Source: Pseudovirgaria hyperparasitica (lineage: Eukaryota). From it: DNA of 64,000 nt. The position numbers were made by a program, and so were the translations under genes. The notes below the pieces were generated by a model. That model had not been told where the DNA came from. It did no database searches and saw only the letters and a list, made by a program, of their open reading frames with translations. Shown piece by piece: positions 25,056 through 39,024 of the stretch (position 1 is the stretch's first letter; each line of letters opens with the position of its first letter). The stretch lies in assembly GCA_010093815.1 (NCBI GenBank), contig ML996565.1; one strand, given 5' to 3'.

Positions 25056-26046
25056 ATGGAGGCACTACTTTCCCTTTCGTTTGATAATATTGCAGCCCAA
25101 GATAGCAGCAAGATCCGAAAAGGCCTACGACAAATCGAGGGACTTCTCGCGCAAATATGCCTTGCTCCAGGAACATCAAACAACCTGTCCCCTACCAAAC
25201 GGAGGACATCTATAGCACCCGCAAGTGACCAGCAGAAGAATTTGAGCACGCTCACTGGCGATCCTGCATTCAGAGAGTTCTTCAGGTTACAAGAAGGTTT
25301 CGAATGGAATGTCGCAACCAGGCTGGTGAGCTGTCTCGAGAGGCTTCTGGGAATGCCAAACAGTAAGTTCTATTGAAGATGATCTCGGATGTTGGCTGAT
25401 GGATTCGTGCAGGCGATGAGAACGACCTCATTATCAAGCAGGCTCTAGACGTCCTCCAGGGGATCCTCCTTCTACACCCACCATCGCGGTCACTGTTCCG
25501 TCGTGAAACCTACATGAACGTATGTGCTTGTTACATCGCTAGACTGCCACAGGACTTTGACAATTGACTATGTCCTAGCTTCTTCTCGACCTACTCGATC
25601 CGTATAATTGCCCTGCCATTCAATGTAGCACACTACTCGTCCTAGTCTCCTCTCTCCTAAGCACACCGGCCAACACGCGCGTCTTCGAGAACATGGACGG
25701 TCTTCTCACGGTGACATCGCTCTTCAAATCACGCAACACCGCACACAATGTCAAGCTCAAGCTCCTAGAGTTCATATACTTTTACCTCATGCCAGAGAAC
25801 CCTTCAATCGCATCTTCCACAGCACCAATCGGAGGACTAAATCGCAGCCCAAGCAAGTTGCTGGGTGCATTCGAAAGACGCACAGTACTGGGTGGAGCAG
25901 AAATTGTGAACGGTGGCGACATTGAGGGAGATACCCGGACTACAGAAGAGAAGCAGAAAACACTAGGAAAATATCTAAGCAATGTGGAGGATCTGGTCAT
26001 GGACCTGAAAGAAGCGGCTCCGTTCGCAGAGATGGTGTCTCATTGA
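25056..26046 (+). CDS. cdc14: Septation initiation network protein Cdc14 (S. pombe Cdc14/SepM type, not the phosphatase)
   Basis: MEALLSLSFD..KIRKGLRQIEGLL, DPAFREFF.LQEGFEWNV, LLHPPSR.LF, KLKLLEFIYFYLMPE and LSNVEDLV.DL. Two introns at about 25363-25412 and 25520-25578. Confidence 0.88.
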
Positions 26047-27348
26047 ACATTGAGTGGTACCTTCGGCGTTCTTCCTACTCGGCGTCTTTGAGTTCTGCCC
26101 CGGTCACGCATTGAACGAAACCCCTCCCAAGGCCTCCCCATCCACTAGCATATATTTCCAGTTGTCTTTGTTTGTTTATTCTGCATCGGTTCGGTGTCGA
26201 ACATGGATAAGCGTGGCGTTTTGGGTATTTTCATGGCACATGTATAATTTCTCATGTGCGTCTCGGAATCTCTGCATTTGCCTTACTGTCCATGAGTTCA
26301 TTCTCAATTAGATCCCTAGACTACTATCTGTACTATATCAACATCGTTCGACAAAAAGTTTCGACCTCTTAACCTCCGTTTTCTTTGCTTTCTATCATTT
26401 AAGATCATTTCTGTCGTTTATGCATATCATTGTGCAGACTAAGTAAGTCATCGAGGAAGAGATGTAAGTCACCGTGTCGAGTAGGATAATCAGGATCTAC
26501 CACGCATGGATTTGTTCGACTGGATAGAAGGAAGGATTCTGGTGCTGACCTTGTATGTGCGACCTAGAGGCAGATACTTGATACCTGGTGATAACTCAAA
26601 GCCGGAGAGACGCTTATTCTCACCACAGGGTGAGTCCACGACAAAGACTAGGGCCGGTTTGACCATATAATATACAAGAGTCGTACCAGTGACATGGAAT
26701 AGCGCGTAATAGCCCGAAACCCACACGCATATTGTGATTTCAGCATGTTCAAGGATTCCCGCCAAGGGTTAGTTGGCATCCACGTACCCTGTTCTTACCA
26801 AACTTATGAAACTGGTGAAGTAACAGAGCAGGTGCCCGAATCTGATATGCCTTTTCACATTCTTACCATCTGAACTATTTAAATGGTGCCAATGGCCCAC
26901 GCTGCCTTGTTGGACCCCAATCAAGATGTCCAGAGCTAGATGGTGTCCATGTGAGAACGGCGCCTGTCCGGCATTCCAAGCCCCAAACTCGATTAGCTCA
27001 TTTCTATCTTTATCTAGCCCCATGCGCTAGCAAAGATATTTCCACAAGCAGTATAGTGGTACCTTACTAGCGCATGAGCAGTGCGAATCAACTTTCTGTT
27101 GCGGCTGAGGAGCAGACGATAGGACCAACCAGATGGTTACAATTTCAAGGTCGTGGAGTTACACGAACTACTTGCATGCTACCTGCGCCTCCACTCTCCT
27201 ACAGAGTCCGTTCATTATAGACCAAGCGGAGCGCCAAAGCCTCCGAGTCCTTTTCATTTTCACCTTTGCATTTGTCTTTCGTACCTTCGTTCATACACTC
27301 TTGCCACTATCCCTCTCGTAATCGAAATCTCGTTGTGTCTGAATTGCA

Positions 27349-28390
27349 ATGGTGTTAACTGCCATACGATTATTTGCGTCTTCCCTTTCTCTAGTTTCTT
27401 TCGCCACTGCGCAACTGGCATATTCACAACCTGATGGCAAGACAAAAGATTTCGACTCAAGCCTTACACTCAAGCAAGGATCTGTCGCCGAAGTAATATG
27501 GAAGTTGAACTGTACAGCCCACCCCTCTATCATAGTACGCCGAGGCCAATTTACTGACCCGCGATCAAGCAACGAACACCGGCATCTCAGGCTATGTCTA
27601 CAGCAGACTGGGCGCGAAACCTAAGACCATCCTAAACGCGCAAAATGAAGTATCGCTATGGGTCACCAGCACGGCAGACGCAGGTAACGAGAAGGGATAC
27701 TGGAAGTGTCTAGCCCGTACGTAACACGGCCTCTCCTTTCCGCCCCATTCTTCGCACTGACACGTCCGAACAGCCCATATCGACACAACAGATGGCGGAA
27801 GCTTCCAATGGACCGTCGACTTGAGTGACGACGACATCAACAACCACAATGGCCAATTCGTGTACCGCCTCAAGCCCGCCGTCGCCGACGTAGACGCCAC
27901 GTTCAACGACAGCGATATCGAAGCCCCCAGTCGAGGCTTCTTCATCCTCAAAGACGACATTCCCGACTCGGCCAGCTCCTTGGTCTCATCCGCATCGTCC
28001 ACCAACTCCGTCGTCGAACAAACATCAACCCCTACCCCGTCCGAAACACCATCACAAGCACCAGATTCCTCGAGCGGTGTATCCGGCGGCGCAATCGCAG
28101 GTATCGTAGTCGGCGTTGTGGCCGTAGGCGCCCTCGTGATAGGAGGTCTGGTATTTTGGCTGCGCAAGAGAAAAGGTGCGAAGCTGGCGCCCCTGAATGA
28201 CGCTACCAAGGGATTCGGAGAGACGGGCTACGAAGCGCAGGGTACGGGAATGGGACATTATCCGGGTTATGCACCGGTGGCGAGTGGTGATCAGTCGTTT
28301 TATGAACCGCAGAGAACGGGGTATTCGGATGTGCCGGTAGAGTTGGCGCCTGGGGCGCAACACAAACATACCACGGCGGAGTTGGCGTAG
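27349..28390 (+). CDS. Type I membrane protein (signal peptide, Ser/Thr stalk, single TM; Mid2-like architecture)
   Basis: N-terminal signal, S/T-rich linker, SGGAIAGIVVGVVAV..WLRKRK TM plus stop-transfer, and C-terminal PVEL/AEL motifs. Two introns at about 27512-27569 and 27716-27773. Confidence 0.8.
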
Positions 28391-28783
28391 GGATGTAGTA
28401 GTGAGTTGTTTGATTCGGTTGATTGGTTGAGCATTTTAGCGATAACGAAAGCATAAGGGAATCTTTTGTGCCATTGCATGAGCGGTTTGAGCTAAGTCGT
28501 GGGAAGAACTGTATAGCTCGGAGAGTCGAATGGCAACCGTGTGCATATTCGCCGTAGGTCTCTCCTTAATATCTTATTGAGCCGTTACATTATGGATCGT
28601 GTGATTCTTTACTCAACGCTTGTCTGGACCTCGAGCCTGGGCATATGTTGCTCCTACCGGTCGGCGCAAAAGGGGAATTAGTTCTGTGCCATTCTTCAGA
28701 CCGCAAGTATCAACATTGCACTCAATTGCGGAAAACATATGAATTTTAAGCCAAGCTGCTGCAAGTTTACGATATACAGGAAA

Positions 28784-29710
28784 TCAGTTCTCAGCTAAGT
28801 ACTCGTCAACAAAAGTCTCGAAACTCGTTGGCTCGTAGCCAGAGTACTTTTTGATGTTTTCCCATCCTTCTTCATGGCGCCCATCCGCATAGTACCGATC
28901 GTGGAGCTGACCATTATCTGCCTTGCATAGATACTTTGCAGCTATTTCAGGGAGACCTCTGGCGACCATAGATTTGATGTGATCATCGGTGCTTTGCACC
29001 GTCGTACTGATCTGCTTACCCGAAACTTTCCCGATAGTTGCAATCATGTCTTCGCGGGTAAGAAGCGCAGGGCCATAGAGGTATACAATTTCCTTCTGTC
29101 CTTCTGCAGGCCGATCGACCAAGACCGCACCTCCGACTCGACCGATGTCCTTCGGTACGATACAATCTGCTTTCCTGTCGGATTCCGGGATTTCTGCCTT
29201 CCATACATCCGATGATCGATCCACATCCTGGTGGAAGATGTTGTACGCGAACGCCCCCGGGCGTAACATGGTAGACGCCAAACCAAGATCGTCAATCGTA
29301 GCTTCTATCGAAGCATGCAGATACGGAATGAGCCTTTCGCGACTAACATCATGTGGATCTTCCTCGGGAAAGATGGTGAACGAGGACAGGAAGACGACGT
29401 ATTCGACTCCAGCGGTTTTCATTGTCTCGATGACGGATCTCATGCCGTCGCCCGTTCCGTGTATCTGGTAGAAGAAGGCCGCTTTTGCTCCGGATTGGCG
29501 GATGGCGCTCTCGACAGAGGCTACGTCTCCGAGATCTGCTTTGATGCGCTCGAATTTGCCCTGTTGCTCGTCGAGGCCCGGGATCTTCTTGCTTGGGTCG
29601 CGCATAGCCAGTGTTACTTTCGCGCCTCGCTTGGCAGCTTCTTGGGAAACTGCGCGGCCCACTGCGCCCGTGGGCCCAAAGACAATGACGTTGTCGTATT
29701 TGATTGCCAT
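28784..29710 (-). CDS. NmrA-like / atypical SDR NAD(P)-binding protein
   Basis: VIVFGPTGAVG Rossmann motif, VVFLSS, LRPGAF, DIGRV and LYGP. Start MAIKYD at 29710. Confidence 0.88.
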   Translation of the reverse strand: MAIKYDNVIVFGPTGAVGRAVSQEAAKRGAKVTLAMRDPSKKIPGLDEQQGKFERIKADLGDVASVESAIRQSGAKAAFFYQIHGTGDGMRSVIETMKTAGVEYVVFLSSFTIFPEEDPHDVSRERLIPYLHASIEATIDDLGLASTMLRPGAFAYNIFHQDVDRSSDVWKAEIPESDRKADCIVPKDIGRVGGAVLVDRPAEGQKEIVYLYGPALLTREDMIATIGKVSGKQISTTVQSTDDHIKSMVARGLPEIAAKYLCKADNGQLHDRYYADGRHEEGWENIKKYSGYEPTSFETFVDEYLAEN

Positions 29711-30469
29711 GATGGTTAGAGGGGAACGGTGGTGTGATATTGTGATGTTGTGATATTTTGTTGTTATGATTTTACGATGTCGCTGTTTGTGATATACCAA
29801 GACATGATGTTTACACAAGACGTTTATATAGTAATTCACTTGAGACCAACGGCCCCACTAATCCGGCCCTTTGGATACAACTCTCGTCCGCGCAGCTAAC
29901 ACCGCCCGCCCCACTATCCCGGCTTCGGTCAATCGGACATAATTCTCGTCCGGTTCATATAACAATGTAACCTTAGTTTAGCGTTGCGAGCACTAATGAA
30001 ATAACTGTCATCTGCTCTTTATACCGCTCAGGTAGTGCTTACTATATGGACAGTTTGGAGCATTACATTGACTGGAGCTCATCTTAAGTCCGGAATCCTC
30101 GTAGCTTCGAGAGCTACTAAGAGGACTTACACCTACGTCATACGGAAAATACCTTGTCAGGTCTGTTAGTGTAGCTCCTCGCTCCTACTCAGGTGCAAAA
30201 CATCCATCAAGATGTTGAATGGTAGTGGTATAATTATTTTTACGTGGTTCATTCGTTAGAGAGATCTTCTGTGCGGATGTCGGAGTACTATGTATAGCAG
30301 AGAACAGACGGTAAAATATCTACCACAGACGCGGATTCTACTACTGACTAAACGTTAGCAATCTTCTTCTTTTGAATCTTATCAAAACTTGGGCGTTAAC
30401 ATGTTATTGCAAGGAGATTATCAACTTTGGTTCTGCGGCCGACCACATGCAACCTAAAATTCTATCTGC

Positions 30470-30900
30470 TACATCCTTAGCGAATAAGTAAGTAATAACA
30501 CGTTAGTATTGTTTTAGACTTCATATTTATCATAGATTGAGTCATAGTAGATACAGCTTATCATCTACCAATATTCTTGACGCTTTATAACATCTTATCT
30601 TACTACCTATGATAAATTGTCTAGGCCAGGTTGACGTCACAAGTACTAATTTAGGAAATCGCGTTTGTAGTAGAGGATAAGTAAGGGCCTAAACATATAA
30701 TAAAACGAAGAGAGATATTTAAAGATGAAAGCATGGTGAAGTAAATATTATAGAATTCGTAGGGAAATGATACTGACCGGTTTAGGCTAGGGTAATATAG
30801 CACCTATTTGAGTAGCACGTAATTTCTTCCTTAAGAGGGTAGCTAGCTTTACTTACCTCCCAACTCTCATTCTATCTCTTTACTTCAATTAATTAGCATA
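30470..30900. mobile_element. AT-rich, TpA-rich relic (possibly a RIP-degraded repeat)
   Basis: Sharp GC drop, frequent TA/TAG and no ORF. No element family is recognisable. Confidence 0.35.
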
Positions 30901-30931
30901 TTCTCTAATTCCGCTTTGAGCCACAGGCTCT

Positions 30932-32836
30932 ATGCACCATCCGGTGTTTAGCAAGGCGCCCTCCTTCGTGACGCGACTTCCTTGTACGCAGCACGCTCCT
31001 CCAGCCAGAACCGGTACTCTTTTCCATTGCGTGTACACCCTAGCATCATCGCGTCTCTCAACATCAAATGGATGTCCTCTTACCCATGCAAGATTCTTCT
31101 CTTCCGGGCGGATGATTAGTTCACATAGAGACGGTAAGCATTTCGCGCGGTCCTGTTGCTGTAGTTGTATGTTTTGAGCGCAGGTGCAACCACAGGCTCG
31201 GATCCCTTCCACTATACAAGTGGCCGATGGCTCCATCGGGATACGCTAGAACGAGAAGCACGCACTGTACGATTCGACTTCGATGCACTGCGTAGTAGGG
31301 TTGTTGCGCTTTGTCCTGGTGCCAATTCTATCATTTCGTATAGTAAGAAGGAAGGTGGCTTCAATCGGGTGTTTATATTTCACACTGATAATGCGAAACG
31401 TGTCGTTGCGAGACTGCCGTTTTCGGTCGCTGGACCGCAAAGCTTGACTACCAATTCTGAGGTAGCGACGATTAAATTCAGTAGGTTATAAGCCAAGATG
31501 CTGGAGCAAAGGTGGTTGAGTGACTGATTGACCACTTTGCCTTTGTTAGTACAAGCGAAAACAAGTATCCCCATTCCGAAGATACTAGAATGGAGTGATG
31601 ATCCCTCGAATACCATTGGTAGTGAATACATCATCATGGAACACGCACCAGGGGTTTCACTGCACGAGAAATGGCAGAGTATGGACGTAAGTGACCAGAT
31701 AAAGTGTATACGAGCAATATTCGAAAAGTTAAGAGAGCTTGTCGACCTCGACTTCCAGGCTTACGGCAGCTTGTACTTTGCGGATACTCCATACATCGCG
31801 GCTCAGAAGCTACCATTTGACCAGGAATTTGCTATTGGTCCTCATTGCGGAGCCATCTACTGGGACTGCAACGTCGGACAACCTAGATACTTCCATGATG
31901 TTCACCCCAATCGAGGACCCTGTAAGTCGACCTATGAGTCTTACTTATTAGCATAAATCTAAACGCATTACTCTAGGGCCTAATCTTGCTGCATATTGTA
32001 ATGGTTTAATAGATAATGGGATTGCCAGACTTCCACCAGCAGACCTATCTCCACGACGACCACGCTACCATGGATCCGTCCAAACACATCGCCGACTGCT
32101 TGAACAGGGTCACTCAGTCCTAAGTAAGATGGCCATGGACTCTCGTATCCAAAAGGCAGCTGTACCTGTGATATTTCATCCCGATCTACACGCCCGAAAC
32201 ATCTTCGTCTCAGCAGAAGATCCCACCACCATCTCAGCAATCATCGATTGGCAATCCTCTGGCATCCAGCCAGCATTCTGGCACGCAGATGAGATACCAG
32301 ACTTTGCGCAACCTATTCCTGATCATCAAAACGAAGACCGTACGGAGCCTAAAAGCGAGGCGTGCGCAAAAGTGTTTAATGCTTGTATTCAATTCTTAGC
32401 CCCAAAACTGGCAACAGCTAGATTGATAGACGAATCTTTGCTCCGACCATTCCGCTACTCCTACCGGACTTGGGCAGACGGCGCCGTTGCCTTCCACGAG
32501 GAGCTCATCCAAACAGCGCTACACTGGGACGAACTTGGCTTCACAGAACCGTGTCCGTTCACACTACCCTCCCCTGATGAACTTGCGCGCCATCAGCAGG
32601 ATTACAAGCTGTTCGAAGCGAAACAGCAGCTAAAGCATCTCTTGCCACGTCTGCTAAATACTGAGTCTGACGGTTGGATTCCTCCCGAACAATGGGAAGC
32701 GACCCAGTCCGCGCACCGAGAGGCATTCGCGGGAATATTACAGGAAGTACTGGCAACCCAGCAGCCGGACGATGATGAGCCAATCAGAAACGAAGACGAT
32801 CTCAGAGATATCTGGCCATTTGATCTGCCAGTGTAG
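30932..32836 (+). CDS. APH/choline-kinase-like phosphotransferase (AIM9-like)
   Basis: FHYTSGRWL, KEGGFNRVF, SEVAT, IGSEYIIME, HPDLHARNIF and IIDWQ. Three introns at about 31134-31183, 31481-31549 and 31922-31976. The N-terminus resembles a presequence. Confidence 0.88.
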
Positions 32837-35237
32837 GTGTTTGTCTGAGTGTAGCTGGGAAGGCTAGCGCGTTGCATAGTATTAGAGCAGCATCCTAAGG
32901 CCATGATCTCGCATTCACGTGAGAGACTGGAGAGAGTAGCTGTGAGATTAAAAGTATCCACACAAACGAGCACAATGCATGACGAAGTCGTGCTCGAAGG
33001 CATTTCGAATAATACTTATGAACCAGAACTCAGAGCCCTCGCGGCCTCTGTTAATTGTGAGCGCTGTGACAGTGGTATATTGGTGTATCAGTCATGTCTG
33101 GCATGTCTATGTATGGTATTTCATACATAGCCTTGTTTGTAGTCGTAGATTTACGTGCAATATTAAGCTTCCGAGGCATACATCAGAGCTCCTAGAGCCA
33201 CAGATGGGTATATCTTTACCCTGTATTATATCTTTACGACATGATTACTACATCTTCAGATCTCGCGAGGTACTAGACATTGCAAAGCATGGAATGAATA
33301 GCTTGATTTGTCAGCGTATTCAGCTTGATACTTACACATACATACACACAACCTGCACTCCGCGCTCATAGTAGCTGTCACACAACCTCCACACCTAGAG
33401 CTAACCCTCACACCTCCACACACCAAAGACACGAATTACAATCGCAGGCTACGTTATTACGTCATACTGCGACTACCCTCTAGCTAGCCCGTCGTAAGGT
33501 AGTGGGTAGTAGTAGTCCGGTCGGATGAGGCCGCGCAGTTTAGATCGGTTCCTACGCTATCTATTAAGCTTTCTTTCGCGCTGGTAGCTAAATAGTGACG
33601 GGCTTGAATTCAGACAGCCACGCAGATGTTCAGGCCATGTAATTGACGAGGGAATATCGCAGATTACGTTGGACAGGATTTATTGCTTGAGGGTGATGAT
33701 GATGGTGGTGGCTGTGGTTATAATCGTTTCGATTATGAAGACAAGGTCTGTAGATGTTGGATATTCCAGGCGATGTATGCACGGCCACTAGTATTCTTTC
33801 GGGACTAGCGCTATATCGTAGGGCGCCCCGGCCGGGCTAGATGCGACCTTAATTCACGGAACGCGGTACAAGCACCCACCCGTCCTCAAGCCTCGCATGC
33901 ATGAGGAAATAGATTAAGAATCAATGCGATGCGTGGTGGATGTGGCATTTCTAATCCAGATACTCCAGATCCAAATGTCTTTGAGAGAAGCGCCAAGTCT
34001 GTCTGATCGAGCAGAAAGTCTAATTGTATTCTTTCTTTAAATTGAGAACGGAAATGGGCCCCCAAACAAGTAAACGGTCATACACTCACTCCGATAGCTC
34101 TAATTAGCTGTTCAGATAGCTGTTATCCTTACATCAGAACGCAAAATATGGAAACGGATAGAGCTTTGGGGCTGTCTTGATTGATCTCTTTCGGGTTTTT
34201 CGTTCTTTTGTTGCTTTTTATGTTTGGAATACGGTCAGTATTGTACTCTCCGGGCATCGTGCTTCTTCTAAAGTGAATGACCCCGGACGACGCACCGAGG
34301 GGATTGAAATACGGTGTCGGTTAGGTTGTCTAAAATAGACGGAATCGGTCACTATACATATAGCGTAGTATTCTTGCCATCATTATCGTCCTGCTGTCTC
34401 GCGATTTCAGCATATTAAAGGAAATCATATTACTCCCTCTCTCGAGCTATGTAGCTACATTTCGATATCGCTCTTTCCACATTTTCATATCTAACAGACC
34501 ATAAAACACACTCCATCCTTGTCCACACCTTCGAGGAAATTGGTATAAAGAAGAAAAAGGGGCCGGTAATTCTGACAATGAAGAGAATAGTTCCGCCATG
34601 CAATTGTTGGCCCATTATTCCACGAGCTGGAGACGAGCACATCAGACGCACATGGATGTTCGTGAGCGGTCAGAAGCCGCATCGCAGCAATCCATCGTTT
34701 GAATAAGAGTTGATTTTATCCCATCCAAAACAACGCCAGGACGGAATGGACGTAAGCTTCGGTAAGCATATTAGAGAGTAGCCGAGTGCAAGGGTGACGA
34801 GAGAGATTGTAGAAAATGAATTTGTTAAGACTCAGCGCCATCGCGATCAAAGTTGGCAACACGGCCGCCCCGAAGCGTGAGAGAGACAAATTGCAAACAA
34901 TTGCTTCAATACTGCGCGAAATAAACCTCGGCGTCTAGAGATTACCGGACCGTGGACGAGTCCTACGTTTTGGTGGCAAGATTGTATCAGAGCGTTTATG
35001 TAGATAAAACATGTCGTTCTTTTCCTCCAAGTCGTGTCCCGTATATGATTATGCGTCCGCAAGGAAGTGTCGAGGTGAGGTTCTTTGGAAAATGACCGAT
35101 GGCTGAACTCCGAGAGTGATATGGGTATGTAAGAAGAGGGCGTAGAATGGCAGAGTACTGACGTAGGGAAGGGAGTGATGTATGTGGGCTGCCTCCACAT
35201 AATCTCGTCTTTATGTTCATTTTCAATCGTTTGGCGT

Positions 35238-36539
35238 TTAAGCCCAAATCCGTAGCTGCATGTTTGTAAGCTTCTAGACATCTCTAGCAAAGTCTGGTTC
35301 AACGTACCATTGAATCCCATGACCCTGTGCAAAGACTCATAGCATCCATACTGACACCCAAGCAACTGACTCTGTTGTCGTGACCTTGAAGCGTACCAAC
35401 ACGCTCGCCGCGGAGAACATCCCAGACCTGGGTCTTTGTTAGAAGGATTTCAGCGCGATCAAGAATTCTGTGCCTACCTTGCACTCAAAGTCGTCATATC
35501 CGGCAAACAATAATCTTCCAGACACAGAAAAGGCAACGGAAGTTATGCCGCAGAGAGGCTCACCGATCTAGTGAACGCGTCAGTGTCTTTCCAAACGTTG
35601 AACGAGGCTTCCAGAGCAGCTCTTGGGTTTGGCAAGTACATACAGTGTAGCTTTGTAATTCACGGTCTGCGCGAATATCGAACAAACGGCATGACGCGTC
35701 GTCGGAGCCAGTTCCGAAAGCGTTGCCGTTGGGGAAGAATTGAATGGCATTGATATCTGAATCGTGGGCGGCGAAAGTCTGGACACACTTCTGCTGACGA
35801 ATATCCCAAAGCTTGGCAAATGCATCACAGGCTCCCGAAACGAATTGATTCGAGTCGAGCGGGTTGATGCTCAGACTCATGACGTCTCCCAGATGATCAG
35901 CGAACTCATGAACTTTGGAGCCGGTCTCAAGGTCCCACAGCACACAGGTCATGTCTCCGGATGATGTTAAAATCTTGCGGTCGCTTATAAATCGACAGCA
36001 ACTGAGGTATCCGGAATGACCAGACAGCTCACGAGCGACGCGCGTAGGACCATCTCGAGAGGCGAGGTTGTAGATTGAGCATATGTTGTCTAAACCACCA
36101 CAGGCAACAAAATTACCACTTGGTGAGTAGGCGCAGGTCATGACCCATGACGATCTCAATGGGATGGCGTGAACTTTGTTGGTCGTGTAGGCGTCCCAGA
36201 TGATCAGCTTGCCATCCTGCGAGGCCGACACCAAGTGTCTCCGATCCGTCGACCAATGCATAGCATAAATTTTGGCAAGGTGTCCCTTCAATGTGCGTTT
36301 CGTCTTCATCGTCAATCGCGGCAGAGCATCGACACGCTGTCTTGCAACGTCACGAACTGAGAGTTAGTTAGCAATGATCAGACGATGCAGCATGACGAGG
36401 ATTAGTGAGCCAGTGGAGACAATTGAAACGTACGGGTCGTGTCGGCAAGTTCATCCTTCTTGCGCTTTATCTTGTCCTTCAATGCTTCGGCATCGCGACG
36501 GGCAATTTGTATCCTCTGTTGGATAGACTCGTCGGCCAT
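35238..36539 (-). CDS. sfaD: Heterotrimeric G-protein beta subunit
   Basis: [18 protein letters not shown].., [15 protein letters not shown] and WD40 repeats, ending GSWDSM|LRIWA*. Four introns. Orthologue of sfaD/gnb-1/GPB1. Confidence 0.97.
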
Positions 36540-37276
36540 GATTACGAGGACGACGTGTCAAGAGGTACGGCAAGCGATGGCGGTAGGAGACCGTGTGGGA
36601 AAATGAGACAGCGATGGGCGAGGGATCCAGGGGTGGACTTTGGGGACGTGAACCGAAGGAAGAGAACAGCTGGGGCCGGATGGAACAGGCGCACGGAAGA
36701 GTTGGAACGACGGCAGAGCAAAGCAAAGGGAGCAACGGCTGCTCGACGCCGTTGCGTTATGAGGGAATTGTAGAGCTTCGACGGAAGAGTTGAGCGAGGA
36801 TGAAGAAAGGTTGAAAGATGAGTGAGGTAGAGTAGAGGATAGGTGAAGAGGTTGAGGTATGGGCCACAGGGTGTAGCGGGAAATGCAGGTTTGGGGCTTG
36901 GGCACGGAGCTCTTAGTAACGGTAACGAGACTGTGGTGGGAGAGAGCTGGAGTGAGCAGTGAGCAGTGAGCAGTGGGCGCGAGTTAGTAAGTGGTAGGAG
37001 CCTAGGAAGGAGCCCAGGAAGGAGGTAGGTAGGAAAGTGGAAAGAGCTGGAGTGTTGGAGGAAGGAGTTAGTTAGTGTGCATTGGTTGTGTGGCCCTGGG
37101 CCTGGGGGGGGAAGGCAGGACCAGTGGACTCGTTCCCGGTGTGAGAGAGAGGGAGATGATGGGAAGGAGTGGCCTAAAGCGGTTAGACTGGCCGTCACTG
37201 CCCTCCTAGGGCTCCCGTCCAGTGCTGGCATTGCGATGATTGGGGACTGGACCGACTGAGTTCTGGCTCTGGCTGA

Positions 37277-37747
37277 CTAGACCAGAGGGAGAACTGCAGG
37301 TGGAACCTTAATTAACCCTTTCTTATGTGCCTGAGTAGAGGGGATGCCCAATACTGTTAACCGATTTCTTATTGAACTTGACTGACTATTACCAATTGAT
37401 TCTTGAATTATTGTATTAAACTTGTATTGACGAAAAACCTTGAATGGCACGTCCAATCGATTATTTCCCTCGATTCTTGGCATGTCCCGGATGAGGACAT
37501 CTCTGAAAATCCTTCTTAGCTCAGGTATTGAAGATGAAAGCAAAGCGATGACTTCCATCGCAATCCTGTCCCTGTCAAGCCTCCTGCTCTCCGTTTTGAT
37601 CTCGGCGCGAGATACCGGACTCTTCTGTACGTAAATCGCGCCGGCTGCACGATTGCCTGGAGCCGTGCTGCGTGACGTCCTGCTGTTTTGTGTACGTCCC
37701 GGAGCTTCATCTGCGTAATCCGACATCGAATCATGGGAAACACTCAT
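37277..37747 (-). CDS. Hypothetical orphan ORF (about 150 aa)
   Basis: Open frame with protein-like composition but no recognisable motif. Confidence 0.25.
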   Translation of the reverse strand: MSVSHDSMSDYADEAPGRTQNSRTSRSTAPGNRAAGAIYVQKSPVSRAEIKTESRRLDRDRIAMEVIALLSSSIPELRRIFRDVLIRDMPRIEGNNRLDVPFKVFRQYKFNTIIQESIGNSQSSSIRNRLTVLGIPSTQAHKKGLIKVPPAVLPLV

Positions 37748-38397
37748 TGCTTTTTTATTGTGGACGCAAAACGCTTCAGCTGGCCATGGATGCGAGCCAT
37801 TGGCGCTCCTCGTCAATCGCTGCAGGACATCTCATCCGACCCATCTCAGACTGCGCGACATCTGCCATCTTCAAAACGGCCAGAGTGCATGGCATAGCAC
37901 GTCCCACAAGCCGCAGAGGTCAAGCTGGCACCTTAGCAACACAGGGCCTAGGCGATATGTATATACCTACGGAGATCGCAATGGCACATGACGCGACATG
38001 GCACACTATCAATTCAGTACATACTCTACAACTTCCTTTCAGCATTCTGATAGCAAAATGCTTTTGCTGTTTTGGCGTCCCCCCGTCTTTATGGGATCCA
38101 TGCGGGGTTGGCGGCGAACATACGGTAGTTAATCTCGGCGCCATCGTGACATTCCATCCACCCTTACGCATCAACTTCTCGACAGGTCTCGTGATTTACC
38201 ACTAGATGACTTGATGACTTAGGAGCCAGATTCGGTTCATCTGTTGCTCACTCAATATACGTAGGCCTGGACAGAGTCGCTTGCTTACCTGCTACTAATC
38301 TGAAAGGCCAAAAAGAGTCGACAGAAGAAGTAGGAGCATCAGCATTGTCGTTTGTTGGTTGTCTTTTCACTTACTAGTGTCCCGTGACCAGGTCTCA

Positions 38398-38421
38398 CTG
38401 ACGCTGACGCTGACGCTGACG
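38398..38421. repeat. (CTGACG)4 tandem repeat
   Basis: Read directly in the intergenic region upstream of ADAL. Confidence 0.75.
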
Positions 38422-39024
38422 GCCAGGGCAAGCAAGGATCCTGCGAGCTCGGGTAGCTGCATGCCTCAATCCTTACTGCTCAGGCAGTTTCTTTCTTCCA
38501 GAAAACGGCCGAGAGCTTAGCGGAACGAGCCAGCTGCAGCTATACCACCTAATTATGGCCAGCTATTCTCCATGTATCCTGACTCCCGGGCTGTCGAGAT
38601 TGTCGCTTCCGAGATCCGAGATCAAACGTCGTGGTGATGGCCATATTAATCAAGACTTGCCAGGTACCTGAACTCCCCACGGACGGCCGACATCTGCCAG
38701 CTGAGATGGGGAGGGTGTCCCGTGCAGAAGCGATTGACCTCCTCCAGTTCCCCTTTTCCTGTTATCTGCTTGCGCAGTATCTTCCATCTTGGCCACCGTA
38801 CAATCTATACCTCTCATTCATCTCAGCCTAGGACTACTAGGTAGTCCTTGGAAGATAACAATACTACGACGTGCAAAACAAAACATACCATCGACGGCCA
38901 CTCCGACTCGCATTGTGCTCCGCATCATCATTTCCTCACGCGAATTCTGCTGGTTCCAGCCCAAGAACTTGTTAAAAGCACTCGCCCTTGAGTCGCCGCA
39001 ACCAGAACTTCTGCTCCACTCGAC

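Noticed and set aside
26760..26775. Telomerase RNA template-like CTAACCCT (minus strand; similar at about 48145 and 33401)
   Set aside because: Incomplete match expected by chance, with no supporting structure seen.
26490..27023. Two collinear minus-strand ORFs with donor-like GTAAGA sites
   Set aside because: I could not assemble a coherent spliced protein.
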